A stretch of 62,917 nucleotides of DNA, the filler included, from Choristocarpus tenellus KU-1152 (taxonomy: Eukaryota > Protista > Phaeophyceae): the NCBI GenBank assembly GCA_964200185.2. It is 9 parts of 9 records of this genome, joined end to end, with 100 filler letters (N's around TTAATTAATTAA, not from the genome) between each part and the next. Parts side by side here need not be neighbours in the genome. Positions count along the whole stretch, not along the records: positions 48,239 to 57,225 come from CAXNAD020004120.1; positions 57,326 to 62,917 come from CAXNAD020010313.1; 7 more parts are not named here. One strand, 5' to 3'. How positions within the stretch are numbered: the stretch's first letter is position 1; every line of letters starts with the position of its first letter. The notes under the pieces are model-generated. The model was not told where the DNA came from. It did not search any database and saw nothing but the letters and a program-made list of their open reading frames with translations. The position numbers and the translations under genes were made by a program. Of this stretch, positions 48,280-62,759 are shown in pieces.

Positions 48280-49353
48280 GGGGGGGGGGGGGTCAATCCT
48301 GAAAAGAAATTGAGAGGAAACGTTTTGGGTTCAAGGGTTGGGATGCAGGTTTTGGAACCCTGTTTTCCATTCTAGGTCTTCTGGGTTCCTGGAGGGTGGG
48401 CTGTTGGTATTGGATTAGACTTGGCCTTTAAAGGTTGCAGTGTGTTGGATGCTCATGCTCAAGACTTCTAATTTTGCTCAAGGGCAAGTAAAATATATTT
48501 TCCGACACATGGGCGGATTTTCCATAAGAAGTAAAGGGGTAGGCAATGTAATAGACTTCAGGGTGAATTCGTCCACCCTGTTGGTTTAATGCAACATGTA
48601 GTAAACAGTTAGATACTCCATTTTGATTTATTATACTCCATTTTTTAAGTTTTACTACTGAAACAGTAGAGACGATCCAAAGATGATCTCAGCGGTAATA
48701 TTTGGGACTGCAATGGAGTATATGGAGTAGTAATTAGCATAGTAGTGTGTTATGCAGCCTCTGACCATTGGTAGGGATAGCCCCCGGTCTAAAGTGAAGA
48801 CAAATGATGACATCGAATAGATATTCGTATGTTCCACTGAACGTAATGTTGCTCTTCGCACTGTAATCAGTACCCCCACACACACTCTTTTTTTTGGCAT
48901 GTTTCAAGATATATGTCTGGATGTTGAACAGATGGGACGGAGGGAGGTTATAGAAGGGGTCTGTAGCTCTTTGGCTCAAAGTGGGTAAGGAAATCAAGAA
49001 GGTGACATGAGACAAACAAATGTTTTTCTAGTAAGAACGAGACAAGAAATTGATGGGCACTCAAGATTGTGCCAACGAGGAAAGGGTTGCGTGACTGAAG
49101 GTGCTTGTCCACAAAAAGCCTTCAATGATTGGGACACCTATACCAGGTATCGACTTTCTGCCCCTGTGAACTAGAAGAGAACCGGCTACCTAGTTATTAC
49201 TCAACAGATGTTATGGACAACATATTGCACATTGGACCCAGTGAGGTGACCTCCTAAGTTTCTTCATCTTCAACAAATTGTAGTGATTTTGATACGAAAT
49301 TAGACAGGACGATCTGAGCTTGTTGTTGCGACTATGTCCATGTCCCTCTCTAG

Positions 49354-52300
49354 GCGATGAAGAGTCTGCTGGGTCTGACACTGAGGATGACTACAGCAGC
49401 AGGGACAAGGGTTGGGGGGTGACAAATGGGGACAGCTCTGCCGCACTGTTAGGCGGAGGAGCTGTGGTGGCACTGCTGGTGCTAATTTTGGCTTGTCTAC
49501 TTAGATATTCAAGAAGGAAGAAGCACCAAACGTAAGGATCAAGGCAGCTAAAAAGTAGAGCGGCCTATATGTAGTTCTGGTCACACTCGAGGAGCACCTA
49601 TTTTGTTACTGAATCCAGAGGTCGTCCAATATTTCACTACTAAGGTACATGAGATACCTAGAGGAGGAAGATTTTTCAGGGCCCGTGTGTACCAACTGGC
49701 CACTTGTCAATATGATCAAAATCCAGACCCAGTGCATGGGTCAGAGTTCAAATATCTTAGAGGGTAGAGATGAGTCCATTTGGGGGCCAATATCCAATGT
49801 TGCAATTTTTATGTAATTTTGGCTATCGTGTTTGTTAGGAAATATCAATATCCTTGTTCCGGACACACGTTTTCCTAACATATACATTTTACCTACCCCA
49901 AAAATTTTGGAGTAGGTAAAATGTCATAAAAAATCCCTTGGGAAGCCAAGCCCCTAACGGACAAACAGGAAGAAACTCGCACCCTCTAAGTTACTTTCAC
50001 TCTCAGATGTCGTCCTCATGTGTACAGTTGTGGCACAACTCAACCCGTGATATACGAGTTAGCAAAAGTCTTATGCTTGACCTAAGTGACCTGAGAATAC
50101 AAAACCATCACTGAATGGGCAAAGTCAACTGCAGTAGTAAGTGTTTGCTCGGAGTATGAGACAGTCATGTAGCATTGTAATAATATGTGCCAAGCATACA
50201 CCTCTGATTGAATATTCTTGCATCACCTGAGACAGGTCATTCCTTTTCATCCATTTTCCTCCTGCCCTTCTCTTCTCCTCACTTAATATGCCCTGCCTCA
50301 ATTGAGGTGTTTTCAAGGCAGATGCCTTGGTTGGATTATCAATAACAATAATAAAAATGATAACTTAACTGGGATGTTTGGGAAGAGGCATGGTACGAAA
50401 AGCAACAGTTACACCAATAGGACCAATCTTCAATCTTAAGCCTCCTCTACTTCCTCCGGCCATGATTTATGCACTTCTATTCGTTGATTGTTGGACAACC
50501 ATGGATATGAAGAACTAAATTGCGTCGCCCACCTCCCCCCATGCCATCCCCTCCTCTTCTTTTCATTTCTTATTTTTCCCATAATGAATCAGAATCTCAT
50601 GTAAATTGGCAACCAGCCAACCACAACCCAAAAATGGAGATGGAGATGGAGAAGGACCAGGAATATGGGGTATCAATGAGGTCTGCTTGGGGGACTCCCC
50701 TGTGGAGGTCCAGATACAAAGGGTGTGGCAGTACAGCACCAACGGCGAGATCCAAAGTCAGGTCCCTGTCCAGGAACAATCGGCCAGCCATATTATTGAG
50801 GAGTCCAAGATGGACCCTAGGACCGCAGAGGGCTTCAGTGCTGGGGAACTATTCCAACCCCCCATGCCTTCTAGTCGACCTCGTCCTTTGGAGGAGGGGG
50901 TGAGTTTGACTATCCCATCAGTGCAGCAATGCCTGTCAAACATATCTATCATTCAAGGACGTTGTCTTACCATGATGTTGCCATAAATCTTTGGATAGTA
51001 TACTCGTTTGGGTGACATGCACAGATCTTGAGATATTTTGGCCACCCTGCTATAACAAGCAAAGGGTAATCGATATGCATTTGAACACCCTCATATTCCA
51101 GGATTCTTTGAGGACGGTACCTTCTTCAGATATCAAGAGTCAAGTCCCCGCATGACTGTCCGTAGACACACATACACACATGTGTGTTTATGTATTTATT
51201 CATCCCAGAAAACAATGGTGTGTTTGCAAAGCCTTTCCAATAAACGTCCTTGAATTTATATTCTGATATCAGAACAAGTTATTCCAGGTATGAGTGAGGG
51301 ACTATTCTCTGGACGTTGATGTATATCTTTAGACACACCAAGGTCAAGTCGTATAATTATTTCAGCATACCTTCCATTCAGAATGTGTATGTAGTGCAAT
51401 ATGAGCAAGCGAGAATCCCTCTACGTGCTCAATTTTCAGCAAGGAGGTGCAAAGGCTGGTGCCCCATTTGGTTTTCAATTCGATAGTTTCATTTACTACT
51501 CCTTACCCCAACCCAAAAGTGTGTGCTCTCTAGCGTGTAACAGTGCTTCTGCCCTCAAGTATATACATTTTCTTGCAGCTAGATTTCACAGATCTCTTCC
51601 TGTATGAGCCTTGAATATCTACACTCTGAAGAACTTTTTTCAAGTAACAAGCCCCCCCTTAAATGTCATTGTAGCATTCGTAACAAGTTTGGTCGTTGTA
51701 CAGAGTACAAATAAAATTAATTGTTTCATAGATTCGAAAATCGTGCACTGGGTGTATGAGTGGGGGGAGGTGGGTGACTCTTCTTTTCATATTCACAACT
51801 ACTACCAGAGGGAGAACAAATACAAAGGTATAGACTTCAAAATATACACAGTAGCAATTTCGAGTCTTGACTTTCAATTGATTCTTGATCCCAGGGTTGC
51901 ATTTGAAGGATACGGGCTATTGCACAAAATTCGTCTTTTTGAGCAAATGCGTATAGGGACTTTCTGAAATCTGCTGGCAAATTTCAAACATTAGAGAAAT
52001 CCATGATCTCAAGTCTTGGGAACTTTTCCCATAGAAATAAGGGTAAAATTTGAAAGTTAAAAAAAGGGGGAATAAATGCCAAACAGGCAAAACCCGCGTA
52101 CCTCTACTTTGCTTCAGCCTATTTACTCCTGTCATATTCTGTGGTTCAAGGCCAAATTTTCCATGAGTATTGCCAAAATACGACTAGGTACAAAATACTG
52201 CTGTCATAACTCAGTAATCAGAATTTCCTGACGAGATGTAATTGTCCTTGTATCCTCTCCCTTTTGCTGAACTCATTGCGAAAAGACCCTTGGGCACCAC

Positions 52301-54666
52301 TTTGACATGTATCTCAAGTGGAAGTTGGAGTACCAATGTGCGACCATTGAAAAGAGCTGCTACCATTACCAATAAATCGAAATTGGAACTTTGAACAACT
52401 AATAAAGTTGGGCACCCACAGACCCCTACCTTTGCAGAAATGATCAATGTAACACTAATTGTCAAGGGTGTGAAACAGTCCTCAGACTCTCAATTCTTCA
52501 GGGTTATTCCCCTGACGTGCTGTAGTAGCGCATAGGGTATTTTAGAGGACCTATCTTCTGTTCTGAGGTTTCACCATGCCGTTTGACTGCTGCGTCCGAG
52601 TCAAGGTATCTTAGAGGGTAGAGCCGTGTCCGCTTGGGGGGAAAAATCCAATGTTGCGATTTTGATGTAATTTTGGCTATTGTGTTTATTGGGAAGTGTC
52701 CGTATCCTTGTTCCAGACACCTTTTCATAACGTACATATTTACCTACTCCGAAACACTTCGGAGTAGGTAATGTGTCATAATAAACCCGTGGGAAGCCAA
52801 GCTCCAAATGGACAAACAGGGCAAAACTCGTACCCTAACCCTAAGATACTTTCGCTCGTCCCAGAAAACAAGTGCACCACACCCATAGAATGCCCTCATC
52901 CTACCTGGTCTGCCACAATTATGAGCGATTATACTAAGTAGACTGTGGCAAGTATATCAACTTGTGTATATCGTAGATCGTTTCTTGAAAGGGAAATTTT
53001 TATCACTATGAATGTGAAAACCCAATGAGTTGTCGTTACTTTACTAGAGTGATTCATCAGCTGACCTTCAGAGAGTCAGAAAATACGCTCTGTCCAGCAC
53101 ATCATTATGGTAATCACGGAGTTGGCACATATGGAATCTCGGCATGCTGTGCAACATGGTTTTCACATGAGTTCCACAACTGAGATTATTGTTAAGGTCT
53201 GAAGAGACTATTTGGCAGGTGACATGATGAGCATCTACTATATCGAAATATTTTTGGGGCACTGCAGAGAAGGTAAATTGTGGATGAATGCAGTGATGCT
53301 GTAGAGCCTTACACAGTCCTTGATGATACGGAGCACTACTGACCGAGCCCATCGGACTCAGTTGGCTACCAACTTGGAGAAGCTGTAGAGGTACACGCAG
53401 CAATCTCTTGGTGCTATAGAACACTATTGAGCAAACCTATTGAACTCTGTCGCCAACACAGCAAAGTAAGAAAGTTGGCATCCATACCAAGATGGAGGTT
53501 CAAAATCAAGGTTGAGGAGGTCGGGGATATGTTTGACAAGCACAATTAAGACAAAGCAATATCCTTTGTGTCAAATGGAGTCAGTGTGATACATTTATCC
53601 TGCGACCTCCCTCACCCTCTCAATATTTCAAAACCTTAGTTCGAAAATCTTCGCAAGATACACATCACCCCATAAGGTGAGTGGTTCTTTCTTTGCGGCA
53701 TCAGAGTGAAAGTATCTCAGAGGGTACGCGTTTTGCCTTGTTTGTCCATTTGGGATTTGACTTCCCACGGGTTTTTAATAACATTTTACCTAATCCGAAA
53801 TGGTTTGGAGCAGCTTAGGTTTTAATTGAAAATATTGTTCTGGCAGGAGTCAAAGATCACCAAAATTATTTGCTCTTAGCTGCCCCTATACCTATCCTTT
53901 TAAAGTCAATGATAGTATAGAATCCGAGAAATCGAACATGTCACTTAGATTGTGAGCTCAAAAGTATCTGAGGCGGGGTGGCGGCTGTCCATTTGTGGTC
54001 AAAACAATTTCATGTCACGATTTTTGCATGATTTGGTTGCATACGTCGGGTGGATAATGAAAATGTACTTTTCCTGATTTTGGTCCAAATGGACACCCTG
54101 GTGTAGACCTCCCTCCCCCCCCAGATACTCTGGGTCTGTACTTCCTTCATGTCAGCAGGAACTAGAAACTCATTAATGGATGAATATACGCAAATGCTGG
54201 AACAACCCCAGATGAAAGTTTTTTCTGTCCTCATTCACTAACTTCTCCTACCATTCCGTGTGTCCTCTTTGTCCACCCCTTGCCCTCAAATCTGCCCCAG
54301 ATCTCTATCCTGCCTTCCCACCCGCTATCACTACCTCCATCTATTCTAGAGCGCCCCTCTCTCCTGGGGTCTCTCAATACTGCAAGTGAGCTGTCAGTAA
54401 ATGATAACACCCCAGTAACACCTACCAACAAAGACGCTGATATGTGGAGCCGATTTGGCTTTAGTTCTCCACATAACACCACCGCCTTATCAAAGGAAAC
54501 ACCACCTTCCATTTCGCGCCTAATGCCGTCTATCTGTCCTTTCAACAGCAGCAACCCACGTCCCCCTCACTCATGTCCTCCTATTATTCCTCTCAAAATC
54601 TCTGACGTGAGCCACACCACCTCTGCAGCTATGCCTAATCCTAGGCAATCAGGTGGTGAAGCTTAG
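49354..54666 (+). CDS. C-terminal exons of a single-pass (type I) membrane protein
   Basis: Exon 49354-49531 (TM LLGGGAVVALLVLILACLL followed by the basic stop-transfer RYSRRKK) splices in phase to 50593-50899. A probable terminal S/P-rich exon lies at 54301-54666. Confidence 0.6.
49744..50002 (+). mobile_element. MITE family B, full length
   Basis: GAGTTCAAATATCTTAGAGGGTA ... CACCCTCTAAGTTACTTTCACTC. TSD is imperfect. Confidence 0.87.
52598..52857 (+). mobile_element. MITE family B, full length
   Basis: GAGTCAAGGTATCTTAGAGGGTA ... CTAAGATACTTTCGCTC with a perfect TSD GTCC. Confidence 0.88.
53704..53810 (-). mobile_element. MITE family B, partial
   Basis: GAGTGAAAGTATCTCAGAGGGTACGCG... is the reverse complement of the family B right end. 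Confidence 0.78.
53955..54136 (-). mobile_element. MITE family A, full length
   Basis: TIRs GCTCAAAAGTATCTG / CAGATACTCTGGGTC. Flanks TGTG/TGTA match at 3 of 4 positions. Confidence 0.85.
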
Positions 54667-56439
54667 CCTATCAACTGTGTCCTGAAGAATGGCGGAGGGA
54701 TAGGGTGGGTAGTTTAAGCTTTCATACACGCTGTGGTCACCACCTTGCCCTTCCTTTAGCGCGCGGTCTAGGGGGTAGCGTAGGAATGGTCCATATGGTA
54801 ATGTTGTAGGTGGGTGTCCTCCCTATCTTTCTACTTGTTAAATTTCTTGCTTCAGTTGTGGCATGTGTTTGTAGCTATAGCCTTTATCGCGCCTCTAGAC
54901 TTGATGTTACCTATGTGCTGGGCTGTTCAGAAACAAAAGTAGGCAGTTAATGTCACTATGCGAGATACCCTCCAGGGCGACTCACTCTGAATGCCCTCAC
55001 TATTACAGCACAACTTGTCCAAAAATTGGTCACAGTCTTCATTGTACAAGACAGTTTCCTCGAGCTTGGGAATGGTGAATGAAAAATCTCAACTGGAGTA
55101 TCACAAGCGGACAAGTTTTTACCCAGAGATCATTTTCAAGAGCACATGCACTATGTTCATAATTGCTAAGGAACATGCAAGAACAATCAGAGGTCGGAGT
55201 TTGCTCCCTTCTCTCTACTGATTCTTAGCATTGTATAAAGTGTAACAATAATGTAGCAATAACACTGAAGTTGTAGCTAGTTGTGTTCTCTTAATTCAGG
55301 CAGACGAAGTTTTGAACTACAGTCCACTTGTTGAACAAGAGGGATTGGCATCTTTGCACGTGTTGGATAGAAATGTACTATTTTTAGACGATTGGGAAAT
55401 GGTTCTTCTAATGATGGTTGATGGCATCATAATTTGGTGGAGGGTTTTTTGTGGTACTTGCGTCAGCCCCAGAGCGGAGTCTCAAAGGAAATATATGTAG
55501 CTGTAACTTTGGAAGATGGATAGCTGTTTGAAGTATGTTGTTCGATGTATAACCTACGATGATAATAAACAAATGTGTTGATTTACTACCATTATTGTCG
55601 GCGAAGAACGCCATAATAACATTTATTATAACATCAACACGTTTGTTTGAAATGCCTCAGCAGCTATCTGTAGGCATTGAGTTTGGCAGAGAGGAGGATA
55701 TGTCTTCAGCACCATGGTTGCACCCAACTGCTACAGTGTAATAATAATAGCTATACCAAAATAAGACAGGTACAGTAGACTCCAACGGCAATGCAATAGG
55801 GCAATGAACAAGAGTGATAAGGTTGGACACAGAGGCTGCTGTGCAGCATTCAATAACTTAACCATTAAATAGGTGGAAGAGAGTCTGAATGCCTTCCCAT
55901 TGGGTATGAAAAAAAAATCCTTGCAGAATTCACAGCATGAGAGAACTTGCTGTTGCAGTTGTTGATGTTACGGATTGTCCTACGGAATATGTGTGCGAGT
56001 GTGTATGCTTATGTGACCACAATCCAAATACGACAAAAAAACAAACATGAAAGGTGGGTGACCGACTCCCTACACTATCTCGACTAAGAGGAAATAGATG
56101 TAGCTGTCGCTAGAAGCAGTGTCTCTGACATGTGCATGTATATAGGTACCCTTCTCAAATCCAGTAGTGCCAGAATACAGTGAGGCTGTACTCCTTGGCT
56201 TGCAGATATGTAAAAGCATGCCCACTGCTTGTATCCGATTTTATCACTAGATCCTGATTAAGGAGGACAGAATGTTCTGAAATGGTGACAACTGACAAGT
56301 GGTGTGTAGGATCAACCCTCCTACCCCCAGTCAATACACAAAGGAATACCAAGAATATTCTGCATCAAGGCTTAGAACAGAGGATGAGTATAGAAGATAT
56401 TGCCGCACTATAGTCTGCTGCAAAGTAAGTATAATCTGT

Positions 56440-56699
56440 GAGTCAAAGAATCTTAGAGGGTAGAGCCGAGTCCATTTGGGGGCCACAATCCAATGTTACC
56501 ATTTTGACGTAATTTTGGCTATCATTTTTGTTAGGAAGTGTCAATATCCTTGTTCCGGACACACCTTTTCATAGCGTATATACATTTCACCTACTCCGAA
56601 ACATTTTGGAGTAGGAAAATGTCATAAACAAAACATGGGAACCCAAGCCCCAAACGGACAAACAGGGGAAAACGCGTACCCTCTAAGATACTCTCACTT
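56440..56699 (+). mobile_element. MITE family B, full length
   Basis: GAGTCAAAGAATCTTAGAGGGTA ... TACCCTCTAAGATACTCTCACTT. Confidence 0.87.
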
Positions 56700-57060
56700 T
56701 GTAAAGCTCCATGTGTCAGCATCCACAAGAATATATTATTTGCGTAATTGAGTGAATATCGCACATTTACTCGATGCATGATGCTTGATGTTTGGAAGCA
56801 TTGCCTAGTTGTGATCGTGGAGAAGGGAGGAACACCCAACATGTTTAGATCCATGGTCAAAGACGACACAACAATGACGGCACAAGAGAGAGTATATCTG
56901 GCATACAAAAACAGATATGCGCACATGTAATACAAAAAGGTAGGAATCCAGAGTTGACAATGTGGATTGTGTTCCTTGCGCTTATAGGGTAACGTAGGCA
57001 ATTTCTCTGGTCCCCTTGTTTGACGTTATTTTAGCACCTTCGGCCATGGTCCTTGATGCG

Positions 57061-57225
57061 GAGTGAAAGCATCTTAGAGGGTACGAGTTTTTCCCTTTTT
57101 GTCTATTTGGGGCTTGGCTTCCCACTGGTTTTCAATGGCATTTCACCTACTCAAATGTTTTGGAGTATGTGAAAGGTGTAAGTTTTGAAAAGGTGTGTCT
57201 AGAACAAGGATATTGGCATCTGACC
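57061..57225 (-). mobile_element. MITE family B, truncated by contig end
   Basis: GAGTGAAAGCATCTTAGAGGGTACGAG..., inverted relative to the copy at 56440. Confidence 0.8.
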
Positions 57226-60200
57226 NNNNNNNNNNNNNNNNNNNNNNNNNNNNNNNNNNNNNNNNNNNNTTAATTAATTAANNNNNNNNNNNNNNNNNNN
57301 NNNNNNNNNNNNNNNNNNNNNNNNNGTGAGCATTGAGGGGCGCCTGTAACACTACTCCCCTCAACTTACGTATCACAACTCACTCCATACCACACCATCA
57401 AACAATCACCTTGATACCATACCAACTATGCGGGCACTCTCCACTTATGATATCTACACACAAAACAATGTGTCCAATTTCCACCATGAGAATGCAGTGA
57501 CCAACCAATGCAACCAATTTTCGCCTCTGGTTTCTAGTCACCAAACAATTCACTTAACCACTACAGACTTTCACTTTGACCATATATTCAATCCCTTTTC
57601 CACAGCCCTCTTCCTTCCATTCACTCACTTTCTACTAACTTCTCGGGTACCAACTCTGGTTTTGGCTCATTCACAAATTAAGCCTTTCGTCTACCCTCCC
57701 CAACGTTTCACTTTTTCTTGTCACAATCTCACCGCCTTACCAGTCACAGCGAGTTCTGACCTTCACATGACTCAGATTTCTTCATATACTTTCACTTTTC
57801 AAAATCTTATTCCACATGGAAAGTTATATCGGATTGTACACCTCTACAAGAGTGCTATCATATCTCTGTGCTACACCACAAAAACGTAGAGCCAAGATTC
57901 AGGGGAAAAATTAATGGTGGACCCACTGCAAGGTTGGAGGAAGGAGAGATGGAGGGACGAGGGGTGGGAATGTTGAACCCTACAACAATGGTGAAGTAAG
58001 GAACAGAGGCAGTACAATTAGGTGTAGCGGAACACTAGAGATAGTATAAGAAGTAGGGTAGTGTTGTATAGTACCTCTAGCGATGAGTAGGGATCATCAT
58101 TGATTAATGTGTCAAAAAAAGTTGCACAATACCAAGATACCATAATATTTGAAACGTAGTAAACCTTACTAAATTACTATATACTGGTATATGAGTCATT
58201 TGTAGTGTTGTGAACCGAAAAAAATTGCAGCAAACATACCTAAGAAAAATGGATGAATAGAATCTAATCGGTTCGATTCCAGAACTACCTGTGGACAAGG
58301 TGACGAAAGCAAAACGCACAGACGTCAAGTGTGGTGCGTGGTGCTGTGAGGAAAAAACTCCAACACGTCGATTGTTCTGTAGCTCTCCAAAAGGATTTCC
58401 ACACCTTCAATAACAATAACTTCCCTGTGGAAAGTTTTGAGCCTTACACGTATCACAAGATAAATTTTTCCTAATTATTTCATTTAACAGAATAAATTTC
58501 ACCATACGAATACCATTGTAGTATTGATAAGCCTTGCACTTCTCCATCCCGATCGCATATAGGAGGTAAGAAGTAACCCACTATGGTTCTTACAAGTGAG
58601 GGACAGAACAACCAGCAAGATGATTGATTGTTGCTCCATGATATAACAAAATCGCCTGCGCATTAAGTGACAAGGAAAGGCAACAGCGGCCTCAATGACC
58701 CATTCAAGTAGTCAGGAAATTGGAAGAAAGATTGAGAAAGTGCGATTCGCGGTCGTGCGATTGAAGGCGCGACAACAATGTCCAAAAATTGGGTCTATTG
58801 GAACTACACATCATCTCAAAAATATACTGCTATACTACATATTATAGTATCAACAATGTGATGTACCCATTTCTATCTTTTTCGATATCACTATCATGGC
58901 AATATGCACTAATTTCATGGATATTGTCCATATTTCCTGATAGGCTAATTTTGAGCGTTTCACACAAAAAGGAACAAATATGGGATGATATGAAACCATG
59001 CAAGAGAGATGACTTGAAAAAAAAGCAATCAGGGTAGTTTGGGGATGTGATAAATCTCGGAGCCCATTGAGGCATCTACCCTTGCGGTGAGGAAGAAACA
59101 ATCTGTCGCAGGGGGGTGCGAGGTGACGACTGAGAGAAGGCATGGGATCACCAATGTACAACCCCCATCTCCTTCCTTATTGTTGTCCTCGTCCCTGAAA
59201 TTGTTAGCACAGGTCAGGTACTGGCATGTCGCCGGTCTGTGTTATGGCAACAGAGAAAATTTTCGTCAGAGAAAGCAGTAAGAGGTAGGTCGAGGCGACC
59301 CCTTGTGTGTGTGATCACCCTTGAATTCCATCGACGTAGACGAGAATGGGAAGATTACCATCACATAGAATAAGAAACACTCGAAGACGTACTAGTTATA
59401 AAAAGGTCTTCTCACGCTCGTTTCCTCCCTCCGTCTGTGCCATCTTACGATGCTCGATCGATAATACTCTAGACAGGCTCAGCTCAACATGTCTGAGTTT
59501 GCCCTGCTTCTTCTCTTGGGAGCAACGTTGCTCACATTAGTGGGAGCACGCATGGTGAGGGTCGCACGTGGTCGGGCTTCTTTGTTGACGCGCTCGACTT
59601 ACGAGAAGTCCAGCAATTAAGAAAAGGAGAAGAAATCTAGAATTTTTTCGTATCAATACTACAGCCTGACTGGTAAGACCTGTTCTTTTCAGAAAGGTAT
59701 CACAGCTCGTTAACCCATCACCTCTGCTTGTCGTGAAGCTCTGAACTACGATTCCCTTTCGATTTGTCAACACTGTCAAGCGATCTGTGATGTCGACCAA
59801 AGACCCGAGCCTCTCCTGTGCTGAGTTCTCCCACCTTTGTCACATGTCTAACCATGATGTAGGGTGGAGATCCTGATAGAGGTATTCAGAAGGTTGGCAT
59901 CCTCGGTCGCCTCAAGAAATTCTTTGCACCAGGCTTGGAAGGTTTCTGCGACAAGGCAGGGTGCTGCCACCATTACAATAATGCCAATACGAGTCTATCC
60001 GGACAACTTGAGGATGCACAGCACACGGTGGGTAGCTACACCCCATCATAGCTTTACTCCTCACCCTCAGTCTTGCATATGTGCTAGTGAGTGAGAAAAT
60101 GTGAATGCAACCGAAAATATGGGTGACACAATTGCACTCCACCCTCGCAGGACCTTGTGCCAGCTTCTACGAGTCTGTCACTCCTTCAAATGACAGCCTC

Positions 60201-62102
60201 AGCAACAGCCAAGGGTTACACACAATGCGTAAGGCAATATTTCTATAACCAAACTCCTCTCTCTATGGGCCATCTCTCAGGTGATGCTGCAATTTTGGTG
60301 GATTGTTGCAATGGCGGCAGCATTCTTAATGGTTACCTTTGTGTGCGTCAAGGTGTGTTGACATTTGTGAGGCACAGGCCTTGTCACACTAGATGGTTGC
60401 GCGTAGGCATGGGGCAGCTTGAGTGTGAGTATAATGCTTCATTTTGTTAACCCTTTGTGCTAATTGGACATATATTGGAAGGTCCCATAAGAGTGGACCA
60501 ACCAGAGCAATGAGCATACAGTGTAGGTATATTCTGTGCATGATATATCGTGCTATCTCTACTCTCCCACCTCTATGCCTTCACAATAGATGCAAGGGTC
60601 TCTCAGAAGCAGGTATGGTCCTCTTATTGATACTGGGACATGGTGTGCAATACTACCCTTGCCAATATTGTGCAAGCGCAGCCGCCTTCACCTGTACCTC
60701 TTGCCTCCAAGCTGACTGCCCTGAAGTGACTTCTGTCCCAACCATCCCCTTAGTTGTGGAAGACGGCAAAGGTCCTTGCAGTGCAACTTCACAGCAACCA
60801 GGACGACATGGTCAGAGCAACTTCATTAGCAAATGTAAACCGAGAGTGGGAGCAGAAGGTGGTTTTGCTTCTCTTCCACCCCCCCCAATTGTTGGAACTT
60901 CTAGGTATTCCCCTCTCCTTCACATATGGCCAAACAACAACCTTACACTTCTCTTCACTACACAGTATGCTCCTCTGTTTGTTGATGACCCTGGTCTCAT
61001 TGCTGATGGGGTCGCAGGTTATGAGCATTCTTTCCTTTATACTCTTGATCCTGATTTTAGTGAGGAGTCAAAGAGCTGAAGTCAATGAGAGGTAGTCCAG
61101 GTTTTGGCTGTTCTGCAATTTGAGCCAGCTTTTCAGTCTTTTGCAATTTTACCCATATTTCTATAGATGAAGTGATACGATGGACTGGAGAGCGTTGATT
61201 TATGTAACGTTTGAGTGTTCTCTAACATGAGTATTTTCAACAGAATTAAGGAAATATCCTATTTGCATTTGTAGAAAAAGTCGAATTTTGCTAAATATTT
61301 GTTGGCATCCTTAAAATGCAACTCTGGGTACCTCTCATTTACATTGACTCAAAGCCATCTCAAATCTACCCTTGCCTTTACCCTGATCCAGATAATGCTT
61401 TGTGACTCTGACCTAACCTACTGAAACTATGATCACAATCCTCAATTGCACATGGCTGGCTCCTGAAATGCTTGTACCGTCTTGAAGAGAGCAGCTGAAC
61501 AGAGGGCAATCAACCGAGATCTGGGTGACAGCCTTATGAGGACTAGGTGGGATGTGGGGTAGAGTGAGGTCTGATTACTCGTTGCTTTCACCTCTAAGTA
61601 CAGTACTGTGATTGAGGCTAGTTTGTGTGGGTTCAAGTAAAAATTCATGTTCTTGAGACTTAGCCAGGAAAAACTTCTTTACACGTGGGAGCTTGACGTT
61701 TGAGGTATATCTCCAGAGGATAACCCCAGATCGTCAGCTTGTCCATCGCGTACCCTCCCAGGTTTCCTGACCAAAGATTCAACATGTGTGCGGTTACCTC
61801 TCTCCTCTCCTTGGACACATCTAAACCCCATCCAACCAATACAGGGAAAGTCTGGCAAGATGTTACGGTGAACAGGACAAACATCAGGACCGAGAGGAGA
61901 TGCTCCAGAAGGAGCTATTGGCCATGTCAAAGAGGGCAACTGATGCGGTGAGATGGGATGAGTCTAGTCTGAGTCCAAGTCATCATGACTGGGCGGCAAA
62001 GGATGGAGGAGGAGTGGTTCCCTGCAGATGATACCACAGTGGGCATCCCACCCTCCTCATACTTGACGAGTGATGGAACATGCTCTTCTCTTGCAACCCT
62101 TT

Positions 62103-62361
62103 GAGACAAAGTGTTTTAGAGGGTAAGGCCGCGTCCGTTTGGGGGCCAAAATCCAATGTTGTGATTTGGATGAAATTTTGGCTATCGTGTTTGTTAGGAA
62201 GTGCCAATATCATTGTTCCCGACACACCTCTTCATAAGGTATACCTTTTACCTACTCCAGAACATTATGGAATAGGAAAATGTCATTAAAAAAAACATTG
62301 GAAGCCAAGCCCCAAATGGAAAAACCGGGCTAAACTCATACCCTCTAAGATACTTTCACTC
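62103..62361 (+). mobile_element. MITE family B, full length
   Basis: GAGACAAAGTGTTTTAGAGGGTA ... TACCCTCTAAGATACTTTCACTC. Flanks CTTT/CTTG match at 3 of 4 positions. Confidence 0.87.
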
Positions 62362-62687
62362 CTTGCTTGAGACCAAACCTCCCCTGACCACTCCCTATCC
62401 AGGTGTTTGATCTCTGCTTTTCACATTGACACTGAACCAGCATGTGCTGTCCTTCTGTTGTGTGACAACTCAGGAGAACTCCCTTGCAATGACAACAGCC
62501 TCCCTGGAAGATTCCAGAAGGCGCCTTACAGCAGTCATGGAAGAAAATACAAACCTACAGAATCAAATCACCATCATGAGGCAAGACATATCGTATCATA
62601 GCGCTGATGTAGGATGGAGTATTCCATTTGCAGTAAGGGAAGGTGATGTGGGTTAGCAGCTGGTGTGTAGCGGGATCGAATGTGTAC

Positions 62688-62731
62688 ATAGGAATGATAT
62701 AGGAATGATATAGGAATGATATAGGAATGAT
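62688..62731. repeat. 11-bp tandem repeat (ATAGGAATGAT)x4
   Basis: Read directly from the sequence. Confidence 0.9.
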
Positions 62732-62759
62732 TTCCCATCTTCCCCACAGATTCTTTCCA

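Noticed and set aside
48239-48292. Long poly-G as a G-quadruplex or regulatory element
   Set aside because: It sits at a contig edge and is likely a sequencing or assembly artefact or an expanded G tract.
52601-52807. Recurring short ORFs with ATLDF.PQ.D.ALPSK (also 24340-24546 and 61983-62225)
   Set aside because: These are chance translations of MITE family B copies, not a protein family.
52832-52844. CCCTAACCCTAA telomeric motif
   Set aside because: Only two units, arising as a variant within a MITE terminus.
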